In this document: in pieces, positions 23,001-35,500 of the stretch
Layout of the letters: every line of letters begins with the position of its first letter
Position numbering within the stretch: position 1 is the stretch's first letter
Origin: Thraustochytrium aureum
Taxonomy: Eukaryota
Direction: 5' to 3'
Assembly (NCBI GenBank): GCA_012862495.1
Contig: BLSG01000130.1
Coordinates: 1-56,213, forward strand
DNA: 56,213 nt
The notes under the pieces: generated by a model
The model's database searches: none
What the model was told of the DNA's origin: nothing
What the model saw: the letters and a program-made list of their open reading frames with translations, nothing else
Translations under genes and position numbers: made by a program

Positions 23001-26000
23001 GGTAAATGGTCAGCAGCGAGGTCGGGCCCGGAAACCCGATCGCAAAGGAGGCGAAATGCCTCTGCAGGCGCGGGTTGACGGAGAACGAGCCTGCGGTGTG
23101 ATTCATGCAAGCGATGTACTGGCAGTTCTGGATCGTCTTGGGCATCAGCTTTTGCCGGTCGTACACATGACCGTAGTCGATGTGCTGGCGAAGCAGCGCG
23201 ATCGCGTCCTGGGTGTTGTACTCGTCGACTTCAGGCAGGTTGAGGTCGTCCAAAAAGTAGATTAGCTTGCCCTGGCCCGGGGGGCCGAAGGTGGAACCCA
23301 TCTTCTTCTCCAAGCTCGACTCCATCGTCTGCTGCAGGGCGCCCGCGTTGGTGTAAAAGTTAAAGTTGATCGTCGTGCTGGCGTGCTCGGTAGGGTCGAG
23401 GTTGCGAAGCACGCCGCGCACCATGGCGGTCTTGCCGCACCCCGCACCGCCAACGAGCATCATCGGCTTTTCCATCTGGATGAGTCGCTCCATCCAGAAG
23501 GTGACGTAGGCGGTTTCTGGCGTGGGAATGGTCACGTTGGTCATGGACATGGAGCTCGAGTCAAAGTCGACGCTGTAAAAGTAGGGCGAGTTCTTCCACA
23601 TGTCCAGGCGGTCGGTCTCGGGATCGAGGTAGTAGTCGAAGATCGTCTCGCGGCTGGGAAACTTGACCGTCTTGAACGTGGCCTTCCACCAGTCGGAAAA
23701 CTCCTTGCGGTAGTCCACGCCGTCGACCTCGGAGAAGGTCGAGCCCAGCGCCCAGGCGGAGCAAAACGCAAAAGTTGGTTCCACCGCCTTGGTGGCTTCG
23801 CGCGCGTCGGCCGGGTCGATGACGAGCTGCTGCTCGGCCCCGCCGATGAGCGAGTCAAGCATGGCGAGCAGCCAAGACACCGTGCTCGTGGGCTCGACGG
23901 CGATGAGGGTCTTGAAACGCTTGGTGCGAATCTCCTCCATCGCGGGATGGACATACTTTTCGAAGAGCGCCGCAACGGCCTCTTTCACGTGGTCGGCCCA
24001 CTCCTTGCGCTGCACCCAAGCGGCGATCAGGGCGCGCCACTGGGAGCCCGCCTCGGTGGACAGGTAGATGATCCCGGCGCGTGAAGTGGTCGCAGGGGTC
24101 GCAAAGGCGAGGTCGCGGATCTCAAAGATCAAGCGCATGTGCGGGTGCAACGGGATGCGCTCGTTGGAAGCGAGAGTGAGCATTTTGTTGTCGTCCATGA
24201 CCGAGTTCATAGACTCGATCCAGTTGGCGTCCAGGTCCCCATCGAGTACGATCCACTTGGCATCAGTGTCAGGGGCATTGCCGAGGTCGCGCATCGTCTT
24301 GCTTAGCAAACCGTCTTTCCACTCGCGCGTAGCCATCGAGATGTAGCCATACAAGCCAGCGGCGTCTTGCGTCTTGGGGTTGATGTCGCGCACAACCGTG
24401 CGCTGGCCCATGATCTGCCGCGCGCGCTGCAGCGTTCGCCAGCACTCGGTCTTGCCCGCCGCAGGCGGGCCCATCACGAACACGCAGTGCCGGATTGCAA
24501 GCAGCTCCTCCAGCTGGACCACCTTGAGAAGAAAGTCCTGGTCGGGCCACAGCTCGCGCGCCCCGCACGCCTCCTTGACGGCCTCGTCGAGGTCCTGGTC
24601 GACCTTGCGCGGCGGGCTGCGGCCGGGGAAGAGGTCGTTCAAAAGCCCGTAAAAGATCACCTCGTCCTGCTGCACAATCTTGGGGATGTTAAAGTCCCGC
24701 AGCGCGCGCAGGANNNNNNNNNNNNNNNNNNNNNNNNNNNNNNNNNNNNNNNNNNNNNNNNNNNNNNNNNNNNNNNNNNNNNNNNNNNNNNNNNNNNNNN
24801 NNNNNNNNNNNNNNNNNNNNNNNNNNNNNNNNNNNNNNNNNNNNNNNNNNNNNNNNNNNNNNNNNNNNNNNNNNNNNNNNNNNNNNNNNNNNNNNNNNNN
24901 NNNNNNNNNNNNNNNNNNNNNNNNNNNNNNNNNNNNNNNNGCAGGAGAAGGTCCTCCTTCGTGGAGCTCGGGCTCGGCGCGCTTGAAGCTGCCGGCTACC
25001 ACGAGAACGCTTTTCACGGCGCGGAGGCCCCAGTCGTAGTGGGCTTGCTTGGACAAGAGCTCGCGGCAGAGCGAGTAGAGCCCGTAGAACTTGGAGGCGA
25101 GCTCCTTGGCGCCAACAAAGCCCTCCGCCATGAGCATGTTTTCGCAGATGAGCACCAGGTCTGGCACCATGACGGTCATCGGGCGAAAGAGCGCCTTGAG
25201 CCCCTCCGGCAGCTCGCTCCGCCCGAGGTAGCCCGGGTTCATGGTGATGAAGACGCCGCAGGTCGGGTCGAGGCTCACCTTGGAATCCTCCACGACCACG
25301 GCGTCATGGCCGGCGCGGATGCCGTCGCTAACGGCCTTGAACTGCACGGTGCAAACCGAGAGCACCTCGGGGATGAGGCGGTTGAACTCGTCAAAGCAGC
25401 CCCAGGACCCGCTTGCAGCGAGCCCTTTGAAGATGTTGCCCATGGAGCGGTAGTCCATCTCCGGCGCGCAATTAAACACGTAGCAGCACTTGCCGAGCGC
25501 CGCCGCAAGGTCCTTGGTGGTCTCCGTCTTGCCGGTGCCGGCCGGGCCGGCAGGGGCGCAGCCCATCTGCAGGTGCAGCGCCTGGGTGGCGGTCACGTAG
25601 ATCCGGTCTGTAAGAGGGGTGATTACCAAGCGCGGGCCGTTGCCGAGGTACTCGAACCCGTACGAGAATGCGGCGTCGCAGATCTCAATCTTTGGGGTCT
25701 TGTCCTCGGCGACGCGCTGCTTGAGCTGCGACTGCCACTGGAAGTCGCTCGCTTGGGCAACGCCGTCCCTCATCAACTTGTCGACAATGTCGCGTGCGTG
25801 CGCGTCCACTGTAATCAGGCACATCACGCGCTGCCTGTCGCCCTTGTCGAGCTTTTGCACAGTCATCTGGATGAGGTCTGCGAGCTGCTGCTTTTGCTTG
25901 CTGTGGTAGTCTTGCATCGCGTTGCGGTTTCCGCTGGCGATGGCGCCAAAGACGGCCTCGACCTCTTGGACATAGTTGACACCGGCGACAAGCAGAGAGA

Positions 26001-29000
26001 TTTGCGCCAGGTCGGTCGGCATCGACTCGGCGTCCTTGTTGAGAAGCCAGTCGCTGCGCTGCTGGGTCGCGTAGCGGGTCAGGCTTTGCTCGAAATTGCC
26101 CTGCATCGAGGACCGGCAGCCATCCAGTGCATCCTGCAGGTAGCGCTCCACCTTGCCCGTCAGCGGGACAGGGGGCGAAAAGACGCCAACCTCCTTGCCT
26201 ACGCTTGAGACCCAGTGCGTGGCGCGGTTCTCGCCGTCCAACTCGAAGGTCTTGGTCGCGAGGAACACCTTGGTGACATGCTTCATGACCTTTTCGGGCG
26301 AGCTCCCGTTGCTGAGAATGTCGAGCAGGTCGACTTCGGAGGTGAAGTAGAAGCGGGGAAACAGCGTGCGCTTCGTGTCCAAAAAGTCGACCAAGCTCTT
26401 GCGGCAGATCTCGAGCTGCTCGTTTACCTCTTCGAGCGCAGCGAGTAGGTTGGGCTTGGTGCAGGACTTTAGCACAGCCCGCGTCGTAGCCGCCTCGGCC
26501 AGCATCTTGCGCACGTCCTCGTCGATCGACTTGAACCGGTCCGCGTCGTCGGGCNNNNNNNNNNNNNNNNNNNNNNNNNNNNNNNNNNNNNNNNNNNNNN
26601 NNNNNNNNNNNNNNNNNNNNNNNNNNNNNNNNNNNNNNNNNNNNNNNNNNNNNNNNNNNNNNNNNNNNNNNNNNNNNNNNNNNNNNNNNNNNNNNNNNNN
26701 NNNNNNNNNNNNNNNNNNNNNNNNNNNNNNNNNNNNNNNNNNNNNNNNNNNNNNNNNNNNNNNNNNNNNNNNNNNNNNNNNNNNNNNNNNNNNNNNNNNN
26801 NNNNNNNNNNNNNNNNNNNNNNNNNNNNNNNNNNNNNNNNNNNNNNNNNNNNNNNNNNNNNNNNNNNNNNNNNNNNNNNNNNNNNNNNNGCACCCCGCGG
26901 CACTTGACGCCTTCGGGGCTCGTGTAAGGCTCAAGAAATACCTCGACGAAGCGGGAACTCATCATGCCTTGCACATTGAGCTGGTCCGTCTCGAGGGCCT
27001 CAAAGTCCTCCTCGCTCATCCGAAGCAGCTTTACCGCGCTTGCCTCACTGTCTCCCGTCGCGTTCGCGTCCTGCAGAGCAGCCGGGAGAGGTTCCTCCAC
27101 CCAAAGGACGTGGTTCCAAGTGCGCTCGAGCTTGGAGAGCGCCGCCTCCATCTTGGCCTCCTTCGCGGCCTGGTCCGCAATGTCCTCCACCTGGGCCGCA
27201 AACTGGTGTAGGTCCAGGGCGAGTACCTCGCTGAGGCGGAGCGAGTCGTCCATGTCGGGGGAGGTGAAGTCCTTGCCGACGAGCTTTTTCAGAGCCGACC
27301 AGTGCCTGTCCCGCATCGCCTTGCTGCCGAGCTGGGCGATGAGCGGGCAAGTGACCAGAAAGTTCTTGACCTCGCTTTCGAGCCCGGTGTACGCATCGCA
27401 CCAGCGCACCTCACGGTGAAGGCCCTTTAGTGCCTTGCCCTTCTTTTTGGCCTCGTCCTCGAGCAGCTCGGGCTGCACGTTGCGCCAGGCCGTCGACTTG
27501 GACTCGTCAAAGAAGATGAGGGCGTCGGCAGCGGTATCCCAAAGCGCCCGCATCGCCGAGAGCTGGACAGCGATCCGGCCCATGGCTGCGTTCAAGCTTT
27601 CGCAGAGCTCCGGGAACTCGAACAAGTGCGCCAGTTTGCGGATCTCGTCCGTCTGCTTCTCGCGCAGCTCGTGCGTCTCGTCCGCCTCAGCGAGCGCGCT
27701 CATCGCGCCGTCCGGGCCGGTCTCCCAGGCATAGAACCGGGCAGGGGACCCCTTCTTGAACCCCTCTTCATAGGCGAGGATTTCCATCTCGTAGTCTAGG
27801 ATCCTGTCCTTGGTCTGCGCCCCGTGCTGCTGCACGTGGGGCTTGATTGCGGCGTTGGCCATGGCAACCATGTTGTTTTGCCCGTCGATGATGCTCTCCC
27901 AGTCGGCGCGCAGCTTGGCAATGTCTTTCTGGCGCTTTTCGCCATTGACGGCGTGGTGGCGCTGCAGGTGCTCGGTCACGCGCTCGAAAACGTCTAGGTC
28001 AAGCTCAATCGCCTCGCGCTCGGTCTCCATTTGAAAGAGCTTTTCTTTGACGCCGAGCAGCGCGTTGACGTCCGAGGCGAGCTCCTTGGCGTAGTTGGGG
28101 TTGATCGCCTTTTCGAGCTGCACGCGCGCGCTGGTGACAAACTTGCGGACGTACTGGTACTTGCGCTCGACAGCCTCGCGCAGCAGTGGGCCGCTCATTT
28201 GGTTGGCGCCCTTGTTGTTGCCGTCGGGGAAGGTCACCGTGAACGGGCTTCCCCGGATAGGGCCGGACTTGCCCGTCTCGTAGCGCTGGCCCGTGTCGTC
28301 CTTGAAGACGCCCATGTAGTTGACCTCCACGGTGTAGGTCCCCGGCGCCGGCGCCTCGTACTCGACCAGGTAGGTGCCGTCGTCGTTGTCCTCGAGCTTG
28401 ACGTTCGGCAGCATCACGCCATCCTCGTCGCGCACCACGACCTCAAACTCGTCGCCGCCCGTCGACCTCAGAACGTGGTTGCCGTCGTTCGCGTGCAGCA
28501 CGAACGAGGTGGGGAACCCAGGGCACCCCCCAGACAGGATCCCGGGCCCGAAGGCGAGGCAGGCCTCTGCGTCCGCCACCGTCAGGAAGTGAAACTTTTG
28601 GAAGGTGGTGGTGAACGAGTCGTCCTTGAAGGCGACTCGCACGTCTACTTCCACCTCGCCGTCCTGGTTTGCCACCTCGTCAAAGTTTGGCGAGGTGCAG
28701 GTGATCGTCTCTTTGTCGACGAACTGGGCCTGCACGTCTAGCACGCCGCCCCGCTTGGTCACGAAGCGGACTTTGATGCGCGGGTCGCGCTCGTCCTTGA
28801 TGAAGTCGATGCCCTTGATTGTGAGCTCGGTCCCGCCCGTGATGGGGCCCTGGGCCGGGTGGATGCCCATGATCGCGTACGGAGGTCCCACGACGCACCC
28901 CACGTCGAGGGTGTAAATGTCCCCGAGCCACTGGTTGGCCCAGCCGCCGTAGAGAACGAGGCGGCTCCCCTTGGAGTCGTAGGCGAAGCAGGTGTCTGCG

Positions 29001-30007
29001 CGCGGGCAAGGAATGTCGCCCGTGATGACGGGCCGGTCGAACGAGTCCGTGCCGCTGTCGAGCACCATCACCGCGTTGGAGAACGCGCCTTGGGCCTTCT
29101 TCGACTCGGCCAGGTTGCCTGTGCAGCCCCCAAAGTAGAATACCTTCCAATAAGGGATGGCTTCCACGCTGCAAGCGGTATGGCCCCACCGCGGGTCTGT
29201 AAACATCTCGACCCCGCTCCACGTCAGGTTGGAGGTGTCGAGGATGCACAGGTCGCTGAACTGCTCCACCGCGTTCCAACCCCCGAACACGTAGATCTTG
29301 TCGTTGACGACGGACGCCGTGTGGCCGGAGCGCGGCTTGGGGGGCACGCCCTTAATTTGTGGCACGCGGAGCCAGTCCATGGCGTCGAGGTCGAGGACGA
29401 AAACGTCGTTAAAGTCGCGCCGCGCGTAGCCCTGGCCGCCGTACCCGCCGAAGACCCACATTCGGTTTTCTACCACGGACGCGCTGTGCCCGCCGCGCGG
29501 GGGCGGCGCGAGGGCGGCTTTGCTCGGCAAATGGTTGCCGCGTGGCGTGTACACGTTGTCATCGCCGATCGGGACCGTCCAGGTCAGCGTGATAGTGTCG
29601 AACACGCACACGTCGTTCAGCCGGTTGGTCGAGCTGTGAAAGCCGCCGAATACGACCAGGAACTTTTTGTCGTACACACACGCAGAGTGCAGCCAACGCT
29701 CTGCGGGCGGCGCCTCCTGCGGGGTCTCGAACTTGATCTGCCCGCTTCCGCTGAGATCCACCCACTCAAAGTTGCCCTGCATCTTGAGCTGGAAGAGCGA
29801 GTTGGTGGGGCCAGCCGGGTTGGTCGCATCGCACCCGCCGAACAGGAACGCGTTTGTCCCGATCACCGTGAACGAGTGTCCCGACCTCTTCGACGGCGCT
29901 TGCCCCGTCACATACGGCTTCGTCCACGACAGCTCATTCTCCGTCTTCGCCCCAGCGGCGGCCGCGCGTCCCTTCCCCGCAGTCGCAGCGCCTTCCGCTT
30001 CTGCCAT
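17005..30007 (-). CDS. Axonemal outer-arm dynein heavy chain, alpha type (N-terminal kelch + IPT/TIG + filamin-like), ODA11-like; spans two gaps
   Basis: ATG 30007. Kelch repeats (RSGHSF..LFGG, RGGHSA..WVFGG), GPITGGTELTIKG (IPT), DNDDGTYLVEY (filamin). Walker A motifs GPAGTGKT, GPPAAGKT, GGAGCGKT, GVGGSGKQ. Stalk region and C-terminal WILAGVALV. Confidence 0.93.
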
Positions 30008-30626
30008 CGCCGGCGCCTCGAGCCGCAGCCCCAGCCGCGCGCCCTCCCACCGCAGAACCCCAGCCGCCGAGCCAGCCAGCAGCAAAAACACCGCGCAACC
30101 AACAAACCAACCCACACCAAACCAAACCAANNNNNNNNNNNNNNNNNNNNNNNNNNNNNNNNNNNNNNNNNNNNNNNNNNNNNNNNNNNNNNNNNNNNNN
30201 NNNNNNNNNNNNNNNNNNNNNNNNNNNNNNNNNNNNNNNNNNNNNNNNNNNNNNNNNNNNNNNNNNNNNNNNNNNNNNNNNNNCTGCTGCTGCGCGCCCC
30301 GAACCCGTCCCACTGGTCGCCTGCCTGTTGGCTGACCGTTACGTGCGGAACGCAATCCCGCAGCCCCGCCGCGCACCTCCCTGCCCGGACCTGCGCCGCG
30401 GGGAGCCCTGGGTCTCGTTTTTCATTTGCCGCCGAGCGGCCTTGTGCGCACCGTGGGGGAACTCGCGGATGCACCGCAAGCGCGAGGTGGGCGGCGGACG
30501 GAGGGCGGATGGTGGGGGCAGGAGGGGTAGAGGGCGAGAGGGAGGGTGTTGGTCGTTGAGGGCGGTTGTTGTTGTTCGCGGGGGGCTGCGGCGATGGGCG
30601 CTTGGTGATCGGGACGGGGCGCGGTT

Positions 30627-30762
30627 GATCCATCGCCGCCGAGGCTGCTCGCGTTGTTTGGATCCATCGCCGTCGAGGCTGCTCGCGTTGTTTTGATTCA
30701 TCGCCGTCAAGGCTGTTCGTGTTGCTTTGATTCATCGCCGTCAAGGCTGTTCGTGTTGCTTT
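30627..30762. repeat. 34-bp minisatellite, 4 copies
   Basis: GAT[C/T]CATCGCCG[C/T]C[G/A]AGGCTG[C/T]TCG[C/T]GTTG[T/C]TT[G/T] at 30627, 30661, 30695 and 30729. Copies 3 and 4 are identical. Confidence 0.9.
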
Positions 30763-31006
30763 GCTACATCGAAAACTCAAAGACCGGGTCGGGACGCGCA
30801 ACAGATGATTGACTTTGCGTTCCCAGCCCAGCCCCGTTGGAGCTGGGATCCCCGCCAAACCAAACGCTTCGCTTGATGATCAGACTGATTGATTGATTGA
30901 GTTGATCGAAGCGACGGCTCGAAACTGCGGAATGCCCGCGACTAGCCTGCCATCGGGCACCTGCCCGGTGAAGCGAGTCTTGCGTTCCCACACGAACGCT
31001 GCCCGC

Positions 31007-31748
31007 TCAGCCCTCCCAGAGTGCCTGCGCCACAGCCTTGTTGAACGCGCCCGGCATGGATGAGGGGCGAACGGCTGCGCAGGTCTCGTTGAAAAACCAA
31101 AGGCCTAGTCGCTTCAGGTCGGCCGACTTGGCGAGCGCCCGGCCATCCTGGATCCCCACGCGGTGCGCGATCGCGGCTCTACTCTGTTGCAATCGCTCGA
31201 GCGGCCACGTGTTGAAGATGCCAACTGCAATGTCGAGAGGGAGAAGCTCAAAGTGGAGCTGGCGAAAGTAGTAGTGACGAATCATGTGGTTCCAGAGTCG
31301 TTGGTCGTCTTGCATGTGATAGACAAGCGCCAGCGTGTTGAGCATGGCCAGCATGAACTGCCTCGTCTTGCCGTTGCTCCGAACGTAGACAACGCCGGTG
31401 TTTGCCGGGCCTTGGCCGTCAAATCGGACTCCAGTCTGGGCCATGATGTCAACGTTGTGAAACTCTGGCGCTCGCTCCAAGCGGTGCAAGAACGCGCGGC
31501 GCCAAACGACGTCGGCGTCCTGTATCAAAACGTCGTAGCCCATGTCAACAAGCTCTGCGGCAGTGCGTATAACGTTGGCCATTCCAAACTTGAATCCGCG
31601 CTGCTTTTGCGGAAACTTGACCGACGGAAGGTGCACCAGCGAGGGGTTCAGCGCCGGCAGCCCGGCGGCTGAGAGCAGCTCAAACTCGGCTTGCTGCGCA
31701 GGCACGAGCAGCGTCCGCGAGAGCGCGCTTGGATCTGCGTAGTGCACG
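31007..31748 (-). CDS. Nucleotide-diphospho-sugar transferase (GT77-like) C-terminal portion; 5' end in gap
   Basis: LVDMGYDVLIQDADVVW (DxD), ANTGVVYVRSN and DDQRLWN match the family pattern. Confidence 0.8.
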
Positions 31749-32535
31749 NNNNNNNNNNNNNNNNNNNNNNNNNNNNNNNNNNNNNNNNNNNNNNNNNNNN
31801 NNNNNNNNNNNNNNNNNNNNNNNNNNNNNNNNNNNNNNNNNNNNNNNNNNNNNNNNNNNNNNNNNNNNNNNNNNNNNNNNNNNNNNNNNNNNNNNNNNNN
31901 NNNNNNNNNNNNNNNNNNNNNNNNNNNNNNNNNNNNNNNNNNNNNNNNNNNNNNNNNNNNNNNNNNNNNNNNNNNNNNNNNNNNNNNNNNNNNNNNNNNN
32001 NNNNNNNNNNNNNNNNNNNNNNNNNNNNNNNNNNNNNNNNNNNNNNNNNNNNNNNNNNNNNNNNNNNNNNNNNNNNNNNNNNNNNNNNNNNNNNNNNNNN
32101 NNNNNNNNNNNNNNNNNNNNNNNNNNNNNNNNNNNNNNNNNNNNNNNNNNNNNNNNNNNNNNNNNNNNNNNNNNNNNNNNNNNNNNNNNNNNNNNNNNNN
32201 NNNNNNNNNNNNNNNNNNNNNNNNNNNNNNNNNNNNNNNNNNNNNNNNNNNNNNNNNNNNNNNNNNNNNNNNNNNNNNNNNNNNNNNNNNNNNNNNNNNN
32301 NNNNNNNNNNNAAGGAGTCAGCATGGCGCGAAGGAGACAGGGCGGGAACGGGAAAGTGAACGGTTTGAGGCGGCCTGCAGGCCAGGCTCAAGAGACGAAC
32401 GAAATCCAATCAATACATAGGCCTACGTTGCCGGGCTGCGCTTTCTGCACGGTCGACGGCCTCGCTCGCCGAGGGCGGCTCTAGGACCATGCGCGCGCGC
32501 GCACGCCGAGGAGGTCGAACGGTGTGGCAGCGAGC

Positions 32536-35500
32536 TCACCAGGCTGGGCAAAACCCGACAAACGACACGGCCAGGTTCTCGTACGAGGTCGCCTGGATGA
32601 TGAGGCGCTGCACTTGGACTGAGATCGGCGCCGGGCTGCGCTTGTCGTCGCCCTGCACGGTGGGCGCCTCGCTCGCCGAGGGCGGCTCCACTTCCTCGCG
32701 GAGGACTGCAAAATCCATCCCCGTGAGCTTGTCGTTGATCCGCTCGAGAACGCTAACGGCGCGCTGGTTGAGCACCTCGACGGTCGCATCAGCGTCCGCT
32801 AACAGCTGGTTGCCTTGTCGCAGCGTCCGCGAGCCGCGCGTCGACGTCTGCGAGAAACTCTGCGCGTCCTCATGCAGCACGACGAGGCGGCCCTCGGTCT
32901 GCGCGCGAGGCCGGAGGCCGGCAGGGATCGGGGCCATCCCCAGCCACAGGCAACGTAGCCCGGAAACTCTGGCCAGTGACCGGCCGCCCCCCCCGCACTG
33001 GCCTCTAAAACTGACCTGGAGAGCGGGTTTGAGTCGGACCTGCGCAGGGGCAGCTCTTTCTTGGCCCTCGTCGAAGCGTCTTCGCGGTTGCTGTTCCGGG
33101 CATTGGAGGAGTTTATCGAAGCTGCAGAGCCCACGCTGTCCCGACGCTGCCCGCGATGCGCTGGGGGCGTCCGCTGCTGCGAGCCGCCCTCTCCCCGGCC
33201 AGAAAAGGGCGGCAGGAACATTGGCGAAACCGAGTTGCCGTTGGAGAAACGCGAGCTTGCCCTGGAGGCCACCGAGTCGAGGCCGCGCTCGGAGCCGCCA
33301 GCCGAGCCCTGCGAAGCGAGCTCTCCGGCCATCGCGCCGGGGCCAGCCGAGTGGTGCTCATTCTGGTCGTTCGTCGCCAGCAGGCGCCAGTTGATGAGCG
33401 GGTCGTGCACGAACGCGCCGAGCATGGCCATGACCGAGTCGCGGTTCGCACGAAGCACCCGCATGACGCTCTCGCATGTGTATCGAAAGTTGCCCTCCAC
33501 TCCAGACACCTCCATCGCTGCGATGAGCATGCGGGTGAGCCGGAAGGGCACCTTTTCTGGAAACGTCTTGCGCATTTGGGCCACCTCGAAGCAGTCCCCG
33601 AAGTCGATGTGGATAACCTTGCCGGAGGCGCGGTCCAGCATCAAGTTGGACGGGTGCCTGTCCCCCAGGCCAAGCACGTAGCCGACCATGGACATGGTCG
33701 CGAGCGAGCGCGTGTACGCTGTCCTGCGGTCGAGCCACACCTCCGAGTTGCGCGACTTGAGCCAAAGGCACTTGCCGAGGTCCTGGCCGTTTGTGTGCGA
33801 GAGCGCGTGGCAAAAGGCCTCCACCTTCTGGATCACGGTCAGCGTCTCGAAGCTGGGCGCCAGCTTTGAGATAAGGCGTTGCTCAATGTCCATGAGCACG
33901 TTGCGACTTTCGCGAAAGCGCTCGATCAGGGCGTGGAACGTGTCTGTGTTAGCTAGCCACTGGCTGATCCCCACGTTGTGCGAAAGCGGGATCACCGAGT
34001 ACCGCTCGATCGTGAGATCGTACCTGTTGGTCTCGCGCTCCTTCTTGAGCAGCGTGTTGACAAGACCAAACAACTGCATCACGCGCTCGTCCTGCCGGAG
34101 GTCCTCGTGGCCCTTGAGCAGGAAGAGGTAGTCCTTGCCGTCGCTTCCGCGCACGGTGATTTGGCGAGGCCGCTGCTTGGAGGTAATCATGCGGATGGTT
34201 GGCGCAAAGCTGTCGATGCGCACTACGGGCTGCCCCGCCACGTAGGTCCCCGGCACCGCCAGCTGCATGTTGCTCGCGTTTAGCAGCGCGGGCGAAACCT
34301 GCTCCAGCTGGAGCACCTTCTCCACTTGCAGGATCTTGTAGATCTTGCGAAAGGTGTGATAGTAGAGCTCCCAAGCAAAGCTGACGTCAACGTCCTGGCC
34401 CGTTTCGCGGTACCGCTCCACATACCTCGCGGCCTCGTCCAGCTCGCGGCCAAACTTGCGGCAAAACTCCAGCTCGTGAATGGTCTCGTGCTGCCCGTCC
34501 AGCTTCTCGTGGAGGGGTTGCAGGAGCTCAATCATGCCCTCGAGGTCGTGCTCGGTAAAGTACAGACGGCTGGCGTCGTCCATGACCTCGAACCACTCTT
34601 CGTGCCACAAAATGGCAACCCGGATCAGCTCGTGGCTCACCAGCTGCGCCTGGTCGACCAAAATGGCGTGCCCCCCTTGCAGGCGCAGTTGTTCGAGTAT
34701 GTGCTCCGCGGCGCGCTGCCGGTCGGCGTTGATCGACTTGGCCGCGACGGTGAGCGGGTACACGAGCGCGTGCGGGTGCTCGACGCCAAGCATGATCAAG
34801 AGCCGGTGCAGTACACCCTTAATCTCCGGCGTCTGGGTGTGGATGCGGGCAATGAGCTGCGGCACGACATCGAGCCAGGTCCCAATGTTTACCATTTCAA
34901 AGCCGCGCTGGATCGCCTCCTCTACCTCCGCTCGCGCCCCGTGCGCGAACCAGAGCGTCAGGAGNNNNNNNNNNNNNNNNNNNNNNNNNNNNNNNNNNNN
35001 NNNNNNNNNNNNNNNNNNNNNNNNNNNNNNNNNNNNNNNNNNNNNNNNNNNNNNNNNNNNNNNNNNNNNNNNNNNNNNNNNNNNNNNNNNNNNNNNNNNN
35101 NNNNNNNNNNCGATGGATCGGAAGAAGCCGTGGATCGCGGGCACTACATAGCTGTTCATCTTGGCCTTGACTTGCTCGCGGCGGCGACCCTCTGCTTCTC
35201 GCATCCACGCACGTTGCTGCCGGCTCAAAGACCGCGGAATCGTGCGCTTTGCGGCCGGCCGCCGCCGTCTCTCGAGGTCGATGTCTTGTTTGGCGGGGGC
35301 GTCGCTCGTGTCACTTTGTTTTAACCCTGGCGATTGCCGCTCCTCCTTCGCCTCAGAGCCGCCCCCGGCCCGGCCCTCCCGCGCTCCCTCCTCCACTTCC
35401 TCTTCCTCTTCCTCCTCCTCCTCATCATCATCATCTTCTTCTTCTTCTTCTTCTTCGTCGTCGTCGTCCTCCTCCTCCTCGTCTTCGTCTTCCTCGTCGT

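Noticed and set aside
24714..24940. Large insertion in dynein between AAA1 and AAA2
   Set aside because: The gap flanks share GCAGGA and the conserved KRAEPEL..LLRALRDFN appears nearly contiguous, so the gap is probably spurious. Gap 2224-2378 in the methyltransferase is likewise mostly non-coding or overestimated.
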